From Camelus dromedarius (lineage: Eukaryota): a DNA stretch of 64,000 bases. The notes under the pieces are model-generated. The model worked only from the letters and a program-made list of their open reading frames with translations, made no database searches and was not told the origin of the DNA. Numbering within the stretch: position 1 is the first letter of the stretch; the number at the start of each line of letters is the position of its first letter. Shown piece by piece: positions 24,830 through 37,634 of the stretch. The position numbers and the translations under genes are program-made. The stretch covers positions 19,904,001 through 19,968,000 of the forward strand of contig NC_087436.1 of assembly GCF_036321535.1 (NCBI RefSeq), written 5' to 3'.

Positions 24830-27551
24830 TGGGTAGGAATCTTCACTTGGAGTTCATTAGTGCTTATGTAGCCAATGTATTGGATAATATGTAGATAATT
24901 TTTTTCCTGCACTTTTTTTTTTTAAGCTGTGGAATGCAGAAGAAAACTGGGGACTCTGGATAATTTAATCAAGACCAAAGGTTTTCTCCTTTCCATTGCT
25001 TGTGCTGAAACCTTTTGTACCCTGTGTATTCCACTCTAATACTGTTTAAGGTATTTTCTCTGTCGTTCATATGAGAAAACTCTTCTGATGTGACTCTTTC
25101 TCATCTTTCTTAGAAACAACGGGGCTGAATCCTCACCCTGTGTGTAGCAGGGAGGGCCGAAGTATTAGGACCTGCTTCTCAGTTAGGGGCTCCCCTCTCC
25201 CTGTCCGCCTGCCCCCGCTTGCTATGCTGTTGCTCTTTACCACCTGGGCTAGAGAGGACACAGGAACAGGGAGAGGAAGGGCCATTCAAATGAGTCACTT
25301 ACCCTACTTGGAAGTTGCTTTTATTTTAAAAACATTTAGAAAAGAAGGTTGAAATACAGCCAAAGTGCATCGTGAGGCGATCTGTGCATTCCGTGTCTCC
25401 AAGGAGTGTGGGGAATTAAGAGCCCAGAGGGAACATCTCCCACCATCAGATGCTCCTGTTCCCTCTCCAAGGGTTCCCGCAGCTCTGGTACCAGGGACGT
25501 TGCCCCATCGAGCACAGAGGCTCGTGTATCATTGGCTGTTAGGGCTTTGATTTTTGGCAAAAGTTTGTACAGCTTTCTTGGGGGTTAAATGAACCCTGTG
25601 CTTTTAGCTTTTTCTCTACTTCTCATCATCGCTTTCCATTGCTTCTTTGCAGTGCTCTTTTTGTTTCTTTCCTTTTACTTATTCATTCAACACTATTTAC
25701 TGAGCTCCTGTTACTTTCCAAGCCCCGTTTGGGGCATCGGGGGTGCCGAGGTGAACTAGATGGCACCCTCTCCTGCCTGAGCCTACGTTCTCTTCCCACC
25801 CTGTCTGCCACTGCCCGTATGCACCCTTGGTGGCCCCTGGGTCCTCGTCTCTCTCTTTATGTGCTGTTCTGCTCTCTGCTCCACCCCACCAGTCCTCCCC
25901 TGCCTGCTAGAGACATTGACCGATGCCAGAGAAGCAGCCAGGGCTCCTCAGCAGAGATCTCCTTGGGACACGATTCAGTAATATTTAGCACCACCTAAGA
26001 AAAGCATTTTAAACTAGTCTGCATATACTCAAGCCCTTTTACCATCTGTTAGTGGAAAATATTTAAAAGTTTGGTAAAACTCTGAGTTATTGAAATAAGA
26101 CTTTGTTGGCTCCATCCTCTCCCAGGGCTCCTTCTGCTCATCTTCCTCCTCGTGGAGCATCCAGCAGAGGCCAACCTGTCGCCAGACAGAGATGGACCTT
26201 GCTTTTTGGTCATTTTTTTATGTCAGCAGGGATTCTACTAAATCTCTCAGGAGTTCTGTTTAAAACCTACCTGCATACTCCCCCCACTCCCCACCCTTCC
26301 TGCACACAGGTTCATAGAAGGATACAGACAGGCCTATTAATCACAGCAGATGAAGTGGACAGGACATAGATTTATTAAATGGCAAAGGATAATGATGTTA
26401 AATAGCTTTAAGTTTAGATCAGATACTTTAATTGACCCTTTTCCTTTTTTTCCTCCTTTTTTGAACGTGAGACAAGAAAAGTATATTCCGCACATGAGAT
26501 GAAAAATAGGTTAATTTTTAAAAAATGAGATCATTTGGAGTGTTACCAAATGGCAGACATGCAGTTTAAATGCACCGCTTTAGCTAATTTCTAGTGAAAT
26601 CATGAAATGAAAAGAAAACAAGACGGCTGGGAGAGGTTTTACACTAATGCCGGGACACTCAGAGTTCAGTAGATAATGCCTGGCCCCTCCGCATCATCTG
26701 CTGGTTGGAGAAGCTGATCTCCCAGAGCCCCCAGTGGCTGAGGATTTTAATTCTTGTTATTTGGACGAAAGTGAAATCAAATGCAGCATTTGTGATGTGG
26801 GATGGATGTCTTCTGACTTGTGATCAAATTCCAGTGACCACTCCGAGGGACCTTCCTTTACGTCAGGGCCCCCCCCCCCCGCCCGCCGTGTGGTTTAACA
26901 CTGGACAGTGTCATACCCTGAATTGAGTTCAAAACTTGTGCTGCAGCTCGGGGCCCAGTTTTGCAGCCGGTCTGAAAACGCACTAGCAAATGTCCAGCTA
27001 TGTCAGCTCAGGCAAGGACCTCCTGCGTTCGTTGCTTGCTGAGGTAGGGGATGCAAAGACTCACTGAAAAATGAATAGAAGAATGAACTGCAGGTGCTTT
27101 GCTCTGATGGAAAATGATCTGTTTCTTGGACGCTGGAAAGGGAACTTCCAGGTCTCACTAAGCCTTTATTAGCTTTAAAGTTTGAGTTCCGTTTTTTTAG
27201 GGAATACTGGTTCTTTGCAGACTTAGAATTAATAAAATGGAACACTTGGTGTTCCTTATTGTTTCTGATTTGACCCCCTGCTTACGTCTGTCCGCTTAAG
27301 TGTGATTTCTAGTGTGCATAGCTCACTGTTTCAACCTTTGTTACTTCTCCTTCCTAGTCGCCAGGTGGTATACTGCTAGAGTGAGGAAATGCAAATGCAT
27401 TTATGGTTTTGGTGATCCAGTTCAAAAGGCCAATTCTGATAAAATATCTTTGAAATTGTGATAGAAATTAAAAGATGTGCGTGTGTATGTGTGTGGGGAG
27501 GGGGCGGGAAGAAGGTAAGGGGCATACGAAAAAACCTAGCTCCATCATTTT

Positions 27552-27685
27552 ATTTTATTTTTTATTTAAAAAAAAATTTTGGAGGAGGGGAGTAATTAGG
27601 TTTATTTATTTATTTTTAATGACAGTACTGGGGATTGAACCCAGGACCTCATGCATGCTAAGCACGCGCTCTACAACCTCCTTCA
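27552..27685 (-). mobile_element. vic-1-like SINE lacking its 5' A-box end
   Basis: gtactggggattgaacccaggacctcatgcatgctaagcacgcgctctac. TSD tag(c/t)tccatcatttt at 27537-27551 and 27686-27700. Confidence 0.88.
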
Positions 27686-27885
27686 TAGTTCCATCATTTT
27701 AAACAAAATTCTCTTAATGTTTGGATTACTGTGAAGGTCAGTTTTACTACTTGGAAAAGATGGTTTAATGTAGTGAATGGTTTCATGAATTAATTAAGTT
27801 TGTGCAGATATCTGCATGTCTTCCTCATAGATACTGGCTTGGTCTCATGGTTTGCTCATTTACTCCAGTGCGGTCCTGAGTAAAA

Positions 27886-27926
27886 TGTGGTGTGTGTGTG
27901 TGTGTGTGTGTGCGCGTGTGTGTGTG
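27886..27926. repeat. (TG)n microsatellite with a CG interruption
   Basis: Directly visible. Confidence 0.9.
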
Positions 27927-30304
27927 CTGGAGGTCACTGTAAGGCTTTTCTGTTGAAAAATACAGTCGCCCCCCCCTTTTTTAATTAAGGAGGAAAAATT
28001 TCAATTCCATACCTCACACCATTTATCAGCCCTGCCCTCAGCTGTGCCTGTTTATCCCCAAGTCTGGAGGCCATGCGTCTTGTAAGTCTCCCACTCTGTG
28101 TTCCGAGAGGAGGCAGGTGGAAAATGCTGCTCTTGAAGGTTCTTGTGGGTTAGAACTAGAGAAAATTGCTGCACTGCTGTTTCCTTTCATGGAGAGCGTT
28201 CCTTCTCCTTTTCCCCAGGAACAGATGACTAGTGTGTCCAGCAAGGACAGTAGGAGCCTGTGTTGCCTCTCCTGGGATGTAGCAAAAGCCCCAGGCATGG
28301 GTTCCATTCCTCAGAGCGAGACTGGGGAACTTCTCCTCACTGAGGACGACTATACTCTGGACGCTGTAAGAATGAATCAAGGGCCACATCGTAGAGACAC
28401 TGAAGTTTAATATGTAACTTCCTGTGGAGAAGCATGTCCCAGCTGAGTCTTTCAGAGAACTTAAGGCCTGTCTCAGTGTGCCAGTGCTTCTGTTTTATGG
28501 CATGACTCCTGGAGAGAGAGAAGGTAGGGGAAGAAAGAGGGAAGGAAGAAAAGCACTCGGGCATCCAGGCATCAGGGTCTTCATTTTCATAGCAAGAGCG
28601 GAGCTGCATTCATCCATGTTGCGCTGAGGACCAGCTCCAGTTGTCGGGGGAGGGAGTGCCTGCTGGGAGGCTGCTTCCTTCCCACATCATCGCTGAGCTC
28701 CAGCAACACAAAACCCGGCACAGAGTGTCCAGCTGCTGGGGAATAACGTTTTGGAGTAGTGCTGGGGCCTGGTCTCTCCCTGTGCCACCCAGGAAACCCA
28801 GCCCAGCTCTTCATTCCATCTTGATTCTGGCAAGGACAAAATCAAGCAAGAGAAAGCCAAGGGAGACGGCAGCAGCTCGTCTTCCTCAGGTGCCCGCGGG
28901 AGCCAGGCGCTCCCAGAGGCGGATGTTCCCAGGCAGGCTCTCTGCTCGTTCCTGGCTGTCTGTTTTGCTTCCCTTGGTCCGTTTGCCTTGCTTTTTTTTT
29001 TCACAAAGTATTAAGGAATAAACCCAACACCTCCAGGAATTAGTTTTCATACCTGGGCCACGTTTTTGTGCCCATCCCAGAACTTTGTATCTTTGAGGAT
29101 AGCAAAGTTGGAAAGATTTTTAATTTATCTGATTGACAGGAATGTCACTCCAGAAAATGAACTCTTTCCAGATGGCATCGTTGACATTGCTTCTAGAGGC
29201 TGTTTTAAGCTTCTCGTTATTCAAAAACACTAGCTCAGGACCATGATAGCCCCCAGAAAGGGAATGGCCAATTATTATTGTTTATTTCAGTGCCACTGCC
29301 AGTGCTGCGTCCTTTCGTGTTTTGTTTCAAGTTCATAGCGTGGCTGAGTGTCTGTGGCAGACTGAGGGGTCAGGGAAGGGAGAACAGCACACCTATTGTG
29401 TGCCCTGCCTCAGGTGATGCATGTGACAGACAGAGATTAATCTTATCAAATGTGTGAAGTCTGGCGGATGAAAAATGAATCAGAACCAGGCTCTCCCTGG
29501 GTGTTCAGTGCAGAGTGGAAATGAATCTGTAAATAATAATCACATTGAGCTATAATGTTAGCAAGGTCTGTACAATATAGACATAGGACAAAGGATGGAA
29601 AGGGTGTCATCTGATGAAGATAAAAGAAAGCTGCTTACAGAGGGGAAATTTCAAAATACAGTTCTGAAATCTGTATAGGACATTATTGGAGTATTTAAGA
29701 AGGGAATAAGGTGACGAATGGTGGGTTGTATTTGGGCAATTGGGATATTTCAGTATTGCAGGGAGCGTGGGGCTGGGACATCTATGGGGCAGAGACTAAG
29801 AGGATGAGTCACTGTGCTGCTGTTCCATGTGACGGCAGGAGCGGGCGGGGCCTCTGCCCCCGCCCCCTGCATTCCACGCGCAGGCTGTGCTGGACCACTC
29901 CCTTTCCACCTCTTCTTGCTGCTTTTCTACCTTCTCTGTAGGAGTCTATGGTAACAGTTCCTCCCCATCCACTGCTCTCTACTCGCCCTCCCTTGCTTAT
30001 CTCACCCAGTCCCTTCCACTCTGTGTGTCACTGGTGGCTCTTCTCTTACTGCCTATAAACCATCATGACCTCTACTTCCTGCAGGGATCATAGGTACTTA
30101 GCCAGAACAGGACTGAAAATCTTCCTTTGAATTTCTCCCCAACTTTTCTCTTTTTCTACTCTTAATAGCAGCATTTTCCAAATATCCAAGGCTTAAAAGT
30201 CATAGAGTTGTTATTTTTTAAAATCTCACCTCCTTCTTATCCAGACCATACACAAGGCTTCTTCTCAGTTATTCTCACATTGGTCACATCATTCTTTTTT
30301 CATT

Positions 30305-30870
30305 ATTATTTTTTTAATTGAATGTTTTTTACATTATTTACAATGTTTCAGTTGTACAACAAAGTGATTCAGTTATACATATATATATTCTTTTTCAGAC
30401 TCTTTTCCATATAGGTTATTACAAGATATTGAATATAGTTCCCTGTACTATACACAGTAGGTTCTTGTTGTTTATCTTACTTATATATTGTAGTGTGCAT
30501 CTGTTAATCCCAAATTCTTAATTTATCCTTCCCTTCTCTTTTCCCCTTTAGTAACCATCAGTTTTTTTTCTATGTCTGTGAGTCTGTTTCTGTTTTGTAA
30601 ATAAGTTCGTTTGTACTGTTTTTTGAGATTCCACATATAAGTGATATATGATACTTGTCTTTCTCTGTCTGACTTACTTCACTTAGTAGGATGATCTCTA
30701 GGTTCATCTAGGTTGCTGCAAATGGTATTATTTCATTCTTTTCTATGGCTGAGTAATATTCCATTGTGTGTGTGTGTGTGTATGAGTACCACATCTTCTT
30801 TATCCACTCATCTGTCAGAGGACACTTAGGTTGGTTCCAAGTCTTGGCTATTGTGAATAATGCTGCTATG
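30305..30870 (-). mobile_element. LINE-1 3' fragment
   Basis: 3'UTR through ttcacttagtaggatgatctctaggttcatc...ttggctattgtgaataatgctgctatgaa. Confidence 0.9.
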
Positions 30871-31344
30871 AAGGTCCGTTCATCTCTTCATTCTTGATTC
30901 GGACTCTTAACTGTCCACCACCAATTCCTCTACATTCAACCTCTGGAATATCTTGTGAGTCTTTTCTACCCTCATGACCTTCAGTCCAGGCCCTCATCAT
31001 CTTTTTGCTTGGAGATGATGATACAATACCGCCATCAGCCCCCATCGATTTCCCCATCTCCATTTCCTCTGGTCCCTTCATCCCGTACGAGTGCCCCTGT
31101 CGAAATGTCATCTGATTGTGCTGCTCCCCTGCCCAAACCCCCCAGTGGCTGGCTTCTCATTTAGGATAGTCTTCCTGGTCCAGCATCTGAGATTCCATAT
31201 TCTGCCCTTACCTGCCTCTCCAGTTATTTCTCTGGAGTGCAACCTGACACTCTATTAGACAGTATGTTCAACGGAAGATCTGGCTTCAGCTCCAAGGTTA
31301 CAGCTTGAAGAATTAGGAAAAAAAAATACAAAAACTCCTGGCCT

Positions 31345-31552
31345 AGAGTCAGAAAGGAGAATGTTGGTTGGCAAAGGCTGAGGAAAGGGGAAAATGGGAG
31401 TTAATGGGTAGAGTTTCAGTTGGGGAAGGTGAAAAATTCTCGAGGTGGTGCTGGTGATGGCTGCACAACAGTGTGAACGTACTTAATGCCACTGAATTGG
31501 ACGCTCAAACATAATTAAAATGATACATTTTATGTTGTAGATATTTTACCTC
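31345..31552 (+). mobile_element. L1MB-like 3' end
   Basis: ttaatgggtagagtttcagttgggg...gatggctgcacaacagtgtgaacgtacttaatgccactgaattg. Confidence 0.8.
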
Positions 31553-31599
31553 GCCCCCCCACCCCCAAAACACACAAACTCTTGGAACTCTTGGCCAAA

Positions 31600-32675
31600 T
31601 TGAGAGAGAATAGGCGTGAGAGGTTATGAAGGTTGGGGCGAGGGGCTTTTGGAGAGAACCAGGCTGTGATTCCCCAACTGCCAGCTAAGGGGGGTGAGGG
31701 AAGGGATACCAGCCTCTTACCCCAAATCTAGAGCCCACGGCTTGAGAGATGCCATCTGGAAGTTCGTCTTGTGTTTTCCTCAGTTGGGAGCCTCATGGTC
31801 CGTACCTGACGTTGGCCTAGGATCTGGAGGGTGAGAGATGGCAGACTGCCTTGGTGTCTGAGTAGAAGAGAGTGGCCTGCTGTGCCGTGGTGGGGGCCTC
31901 TCTGTCTGATCAAATAAGAGGCAGCCATTCCCCACGGTTCCGAGTGGACCAGGTTCCCACAAGAGGGTCCACATGGGTGTGGTCTGCAGGGCTGTCCAGT
32001 GGGGCTGCCTAGAGAATTGGTGGTCCCTGCGCCCAACTCAAGTGGTTGCCCACAGGTGGGTGCCTGAGGCAGTGGAGGGAATCAGGCAGCCCAGGCTGGA
32101 GGCCATTCAACCAGGTCGAGGTAGTTTAGAGAGTGAGCACCTCCAAGGTCAAGATCTCCGAAGACCCTGTGGGCAAATCCCAGGAGAGAAATGTCTGCTG
32201 GCCTAAAGAGGGTGAAACCATTCTGGAACAGGACAGCGAGACAAGGGCTGTCCGTCCCCTCTCCTCCCCTTCCTCCCCCTCCTCTAATCCTAGGGTCTGA
32301 GAGGGAAGCTGGTGTGCTGGGGAGAAGGCAAGAAAGGGGGGAGGGAGCCCACCACACCATTTCCCCCAAATTACAGGCAACCTGTGGACCCTTCCAGGGG
32401 GAAACCAAGGTCACCTTTACAGAAAGATTGAGCTGTGGGTTACCCCGGGGGTTGGGCCTTCCAGACTGTGAATCGAGACTATGTTTGCTGCTTCAAGGGC
32501 TGTGAGGCTTTTTATTATCTAAGAATTACCAGGTTATGGGCCTGCCTGGGTTTTCACCTGGGAACAGGAAGGAACATTTTCCTACTGGACAGGTTTAAAG
32601 AGACAACGGAAGACAAAAAGAGAGTTGCGTTTATGATTTCACACTGTGAGTCCTGCTTGTTCAGGGAACCAGTTC
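31600..32675 (+). mobile_element. Ancient LTR relic, possibly MamGypLTR-like
   Basis: The 3' part (ttatgggcctgcctgggttttcacctggg...caggtttaaagagaca...gttgcgtttatgatt...gagtcctgcttgttcag) resembles my recollection of mammalian Gypsy LTR ends. The 5' boundary is uncertain. Confidence 0.4.
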
Positions 32676-32819
32676 TGCCTCTCACTGGTGGCGCTTCAGC
32701 CTAACAGACACCGTGATGGTCCCCGAACCCCCCAGGGAGAGTACAGTTCCACCTTTGGGCTTTGGTCCATGGTCCTCCTGGACCCCTCTTCCCACACTGT
32801 ATTTAAATTTTACTTCTTG

Positions 32820-32995
32820 TATGGGAGGGCTGTTTATACTTGTCTGATCATCCATTTAGATTTAAGCTTCTTGAGGGCAAGAACCAGGTCTTACTTACCT
32901 CTGAACCGCAAGAATCATCCATCTAGTGTCTTAGTGTGTAGTAGATGTTTAAAAAAAAGATTATAGAATGACCAAGTGACTGATGAATGAAATGA
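32820..32995 (+). mobile_element. L2 3' end
   Basis: taagcttcttgagggcaagaaccaggtctt...gtagatgttt...gatgaatgaaatga. Confidence 0.6.
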
Positions 32996-33817
32996 TCCCC
33001 TTTGCTGGCTGATATATATTGTGTTTATGACGGTAGAAAAGACAGTATTGTGACACCCCCATTGCTTTTTCCCTCCTGTTGCCAAGCAGAGTATGAACAG
33101 GGCTTATCCGATTCACAAATCAGCTCTTCCGAGGCCACGAGGCACGCACTCTGATCTGAACTAGACTTCTAAAGAGGAAATACCATCATTTTATGGGCGT
33201 ATGTAATTGTTTTCCATTTTTTTAAATGTAGGTAAATGACAAAATATCCATATTTATCCTAGAAAGATTACAAAATGTAAATAAGCATTACAGTAAACTG
33301 TCACCCACAATCCACCTCCCAGGCATAACATATTGTTAACACTGTCTCATCTTTTCCCATTTGCCAATTTCTTTCTGGAAATAGCAGTACAGGCCGCTGG
33401 AGTATGATTAATATTTGTCCTATCATTTTAGGAAGAGATTCTAAAAGGAGCTACAGTGTGCGGAGAGGGGGGGATGTTGGGAAAGCATATCGTGGTACAT
33501 AGACTTGTCCCTGGGGGTGGGAGTCAAAGCGAAGAGTGAGGGGGATGATTAATTCAACAGTGGTTATGTTGGGGCTCCCTAAGCGAGAGGGAGAGAGCTG
33601 GCCTAAGGACCAAGTAGGATTTGTAGCAGAGACCTCGCTCCCAAGTCAGGCTGCCTCCTGCGTCCTCGGCCAGCCGGCTGAGGTGGTGTTGAGTACGTGG
33701 AGGAGCCCAGGCTAGAACTTGGCAAGAGCTTCTTCTTTCTTCTTTGCCTTGGGTGTTGATTAAATGGGGGAGGGGGTTGGGGCATGGTGAAAACAAGAAT
33801 GTGGCAAAAAAACTTTA

Positions 33818-34030
33818 CAGCGGTGGTTTCAGTTGGGGTGATTTTGCCCTCCAGAGGACATTGACAATGTCTGGAGTTATTTGCGGTTGTCACAGCTAGG
33901 GGGCTGGTGCTACCGGTATCTAGTGAGTAGAGACCAGAGATGTTGCAAAACATCCTACAATGCACAGCACAGCCTCCAACGAAGAAGTATCTGCTTCAAG
34001 TGCCCATTGTGCTCAGGTTGAGAGACTCTG
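33818..34030. mobile_element. MER20 hAT-Charlie element
   Basis: ggggtgattttgccctccagaggacattgacaatgtctggag...aaacatcctacaatgcacagcacagcc...gtgctcaggttgagagactctg. Confidence 0.85.
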
Positions 34031-35199
34031 TTTTAAAAAAAAAAAGCAAGAAAACACTTGGCAATAATGCTAGTGTATGAAAAAACACGGACTATGGAAA
34101 TATTTATTGAATTAGGTCTCACTTGCCCATGGAGATGTCAGTTTGAAAACTCTTTTCAGTGAGTCTGGAGTCTACCAGGTAGATTACAGATGATAGAGGT
34201 TTTTTCTCTTTTATCGGTGATCAGTGTTTTGTGCATTTTTGAAAGGTCAAGAGTTGTCATAAGAAAGAATAGAGAGCACTTCATGGAAAAATCATACTTG
34301 AAATTATCCCAAGTAGCTTTTAAAAACTGATTTCTGTAAATTCCATGGTGCAAATAGCCAGTGGTTTTTAATCTAGGGGCAAAGCTGGGGAAAAGTGGGC
34401 TTGGGGGAGATAAATGATGGAGCAGATTCTTTCTAGCTTTGCCCTTTATGTTGAGATTTTTTTTTCAACTAAATGAATCCCTTTCTAGTATTCCTTCGTT
34501 TGTCTTTGGGCCTTGGAATGACTTGCAGGGTTTAGAGACATCATTATGTATCCATGACACTGACCACACTGTTTATTTTTCCCAATACTAAGTAGTTTGA
34601 GGAGAGGGTCCCGTGTGTCGTGACTGCACCTGTGAGTGATCTAGAGGGGAGTCAGGGTCAGGATGGCTGTCAGGTCACCAAATCCCTAAGGGGGCAGAGA
34701 ATGCAGTCAGTACCCAAGAAAGAATCAGATGGGCTGGAAGTAAAGGCAAGAAGCCAGGCATGTAACTTGGAAAGCTTTATATTCTTTGGGTTTTGTTTTT
34801 TTTTTTTTTTAGCATGATTGAATCAATGGACTTGGTTTTTATGAGCTTCGCAGACATGCAGAGGGGAAAAAAAACAGCTTGGCATAATAGGGGGAGGGGG
34901 AAGGGATCTAAATGAAATATAACAGTTGCCTGCAGTTTAGTCGCTGACAAAAAAGTCATTTTCGCTGAGAAGCATGTGTAATGTGTCAGGAAGAAAAAAG
35001 CACAATTAGTACACTTCTTACATGAGATCTTAACTGATAGCGTTGTATTAATTTTAATCATTTAATTAAAAATACCACTCTGTCTTCTTTATTGCAAATC
35101 AATAAAGTGTGCATGTACTCGATTTTCACCTGTCTCATACTTGGCAAGGAAAGCACAGTTTCCTCTGAGCACCCAGCTTACAGCAATGAGATTTCCCCC

Positions 35200-35809
35200 C
35201 TTTTTAAAACTGACGTATAGTCAGTTTACAATGTTGTGTTGATTTCTGGTGCACAGCATAATGTTTCAGTCATACATATACATGCATATATTCCTTTTCA
35301 CATTCTTTTTCATTATAGGTTACTGCAAGACATTGAATAAAGTTCCCTGTGCCATGCAATAGATCCTTGTTGTTTATCTATTTTACATATAATACTATCT
35401 CCAAATCTCAAACTCCTAATTTACCCCCCATCCCTTCCTAATTTACCCACCCTTTAATCATAAGTTTATTTGCTGTGTTTGTGAGTCTGATTATGTTTTG
35501 TAAGTTTGTGTTATTTTTTTAGATTCCACATATAAATGATATCATATGGTATTTTTCTCTCTTTCTGTCTTGCTTCACTTAGTATGACAATCTCCAGGTC
35601 CATCCATGTTGCTGCAAATGACAGTATTTCATTCTTTTTTATGGCTAAGTAGTATTCCATTGTATAAATATACCACAACTTCTTTATCCAGTCATCTGTT
35701 GATGGGCATTTAGGTTGCTTCCATGTCTTGGCTGTTGTAAATAGTGCTGCTGTGAACATTTGGGTGCATGTATCTTTTCAAATTAGAGTTTCCTCCAGAT
35801 ACATGCCCA
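35200..35809 (-). mobile_element. LINE-1 3' fragment with ORF2 C-terminal remnant
   Basis: ORF 35511..35759 (-) reads [40 protein letters not shown]-like gagattt(t)ccc on both flanks. Confidence 0.92.
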
Positions 35810-35904
35810 GAGATTTTCCCTTGTATATCTCTTGTCTCACAGACCAGCACCTACTTTAAATTGTTTCTTATTGTTTATCTGTCTGTCCGTCTGTCCATTC
35901 ATCT

Positions 35905-36685
35905 ATCCATCCATCACAAATTACCACAGACTTGGTAGCTTAAAACAACAGAAATGTATTCCCTCAGAGCCTGGGGGCCAGGAACCTGAAATCTGAAGAT
36001 TCTCGAGGAGAATCATTCCTTTCTCCTTCCAGTTTCTGGTGGTTCCAAGCAATCCTTGGCTTGTGGCTGTAAAACTCCAGTCTCTGTCTTAGTCTGTTCG
36101 GGCTACTGTAACAGAACATCACAGACTGGATGGCTTGTAAACAGCAGAAATTGACCTCTCACAGTTCCGAAGGCTGGAAGTCCAGGATCAGGGTGGCCCA
36201 CATGGTCAGGTGAGGGCCCTCTTCCTGATTCATAGGCAGGTGACTTTGCACTGTGACCTCACATGGAGGAAGGGTCAAGGAGGCTCTCTGGGGTCTTCTC
36301 TACAAAGGCACTAACCCCAGTCATGAGGGCTCCTCCCTCATGACCTGATCACCTCCCAAAGGCCCCACCTCTAAAAACCATCACATTGATGATTAGGTTT
36401 CAACATACTAATCTTGGGGGAGGGACCCAAACATTCAGCCTCTGGCACTGGCTCTGTCTTCACATGGCCTTTTCCACTGGATCTGTGTCTTGTCTTCTTC
36501 TGTTATACAGACACTTGTCATTGGATTTGGGGCCTACCTGGATAATCCCAGATGAGCGCATCTTGAGATCCTTAACTTAATCATATCTGCAAATACCTTT
36601 TTTTCTAAATAAGGTCACATTCATGAGTTCCTGGGGTTAGGACATAGACGTATCTCTTTGAGGGGGCCATCATTCAACCCACCAC
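35905..36685 (-). mobile_element. MLT1B/C-like MaLR LTR split by a nested MLT1A-like LTR
   Basis: Outer LTR at 35905-36084 and 36448-36685 (…actccagtctc | ctggctctgtcttcacatggcc…cattcaacccaccac). Confidence 0.8.
36085..36447 (-). mobile_element. MLT1A-like solo LTR nested in an older MLT1
   Basis: TG...CA termini: tgtcttagtctgttcgggctactgtaaca ... aaacattcagcctctggca. Confidence 0.85.
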
Positions 36686-37634
36686 TCTCTATCTGTGTAT
36701 CTATCTATCAATCAACTATATACCTAAGTTCATTTTAGTTTTTGTGTTTTCTGGAGTGCTGAGGACACTATAGTTACTAATAAGTGCTGGCTGATTTGAG
36801 AGTGTGGCCTTATTTTAAAGTGACCCGACTCAAAGGCTGGGCTAATTGTCCCACCTTGTTTCAAAGGTCTCATTAGCTCTAAGGAGCATGTGCACATAAA
36901 GGCACTCCAGCCTCGCAAAGTAAATGCATGTTTCAGGTGAAAGACCAAACATTCAATAGCCACACCTAAAGCAAGAGCGGTCAGTGAATTGAACGGCTAT
37001 TATAACTTGTAAGATTGCTGTTTTTCTAAGTGTTAATCCGTGGGCTGCAATTAACGTCCTAGGTGGTCTTGAGTATTAACTAGCTCCCAGCAAGGTATAA
37101 ATGTCTCAGTTGAATCAACCCTCCTTATCCTTTACTAATTTAGGTGACCCAGAAGAGAAGGAAAAAAAAAATTGATCAGAGCTTTAAAAATAGAGGGAGA
37201 AAATCGTAGTCTGAGTAGACTTGCTCTAGTTTGATTCACTGCAGTCGGGTACGTTGTAAAACAAGGACAGAGGTTTGCCACATTCTTTGTAAGCTCTGGG
37301 AGCAGCCTGGCAGAGAGGAAGGGGCGTGTGGGTGTGGTCGGGAGGCCCTGGTCAAGACACCTGGTTCTGCATCTGGGGACCTTGGCCTGGTTTTGCTGCC
37401 GTTTGCATGGACTTGGGCAAGTCACCTGATTCCTCTGAGCTCTGGTTTCCTACCTTTGCAAGAAACCGGAATGGGCTCGACCAGAAGTTTTTCAAACTGT
37501 GTTCAGTGTGCCCGGGGCGCTTTCTTCTAAACTACTCCTGACACAATCCTCGTGGTTCTGTGAGCAGAAGCTGGGTTTGGTCAGAATTAAGAAACTCTGG
37601 TGTTTTTTGTTCCTCTTCATTCACCTGCTTGCAG

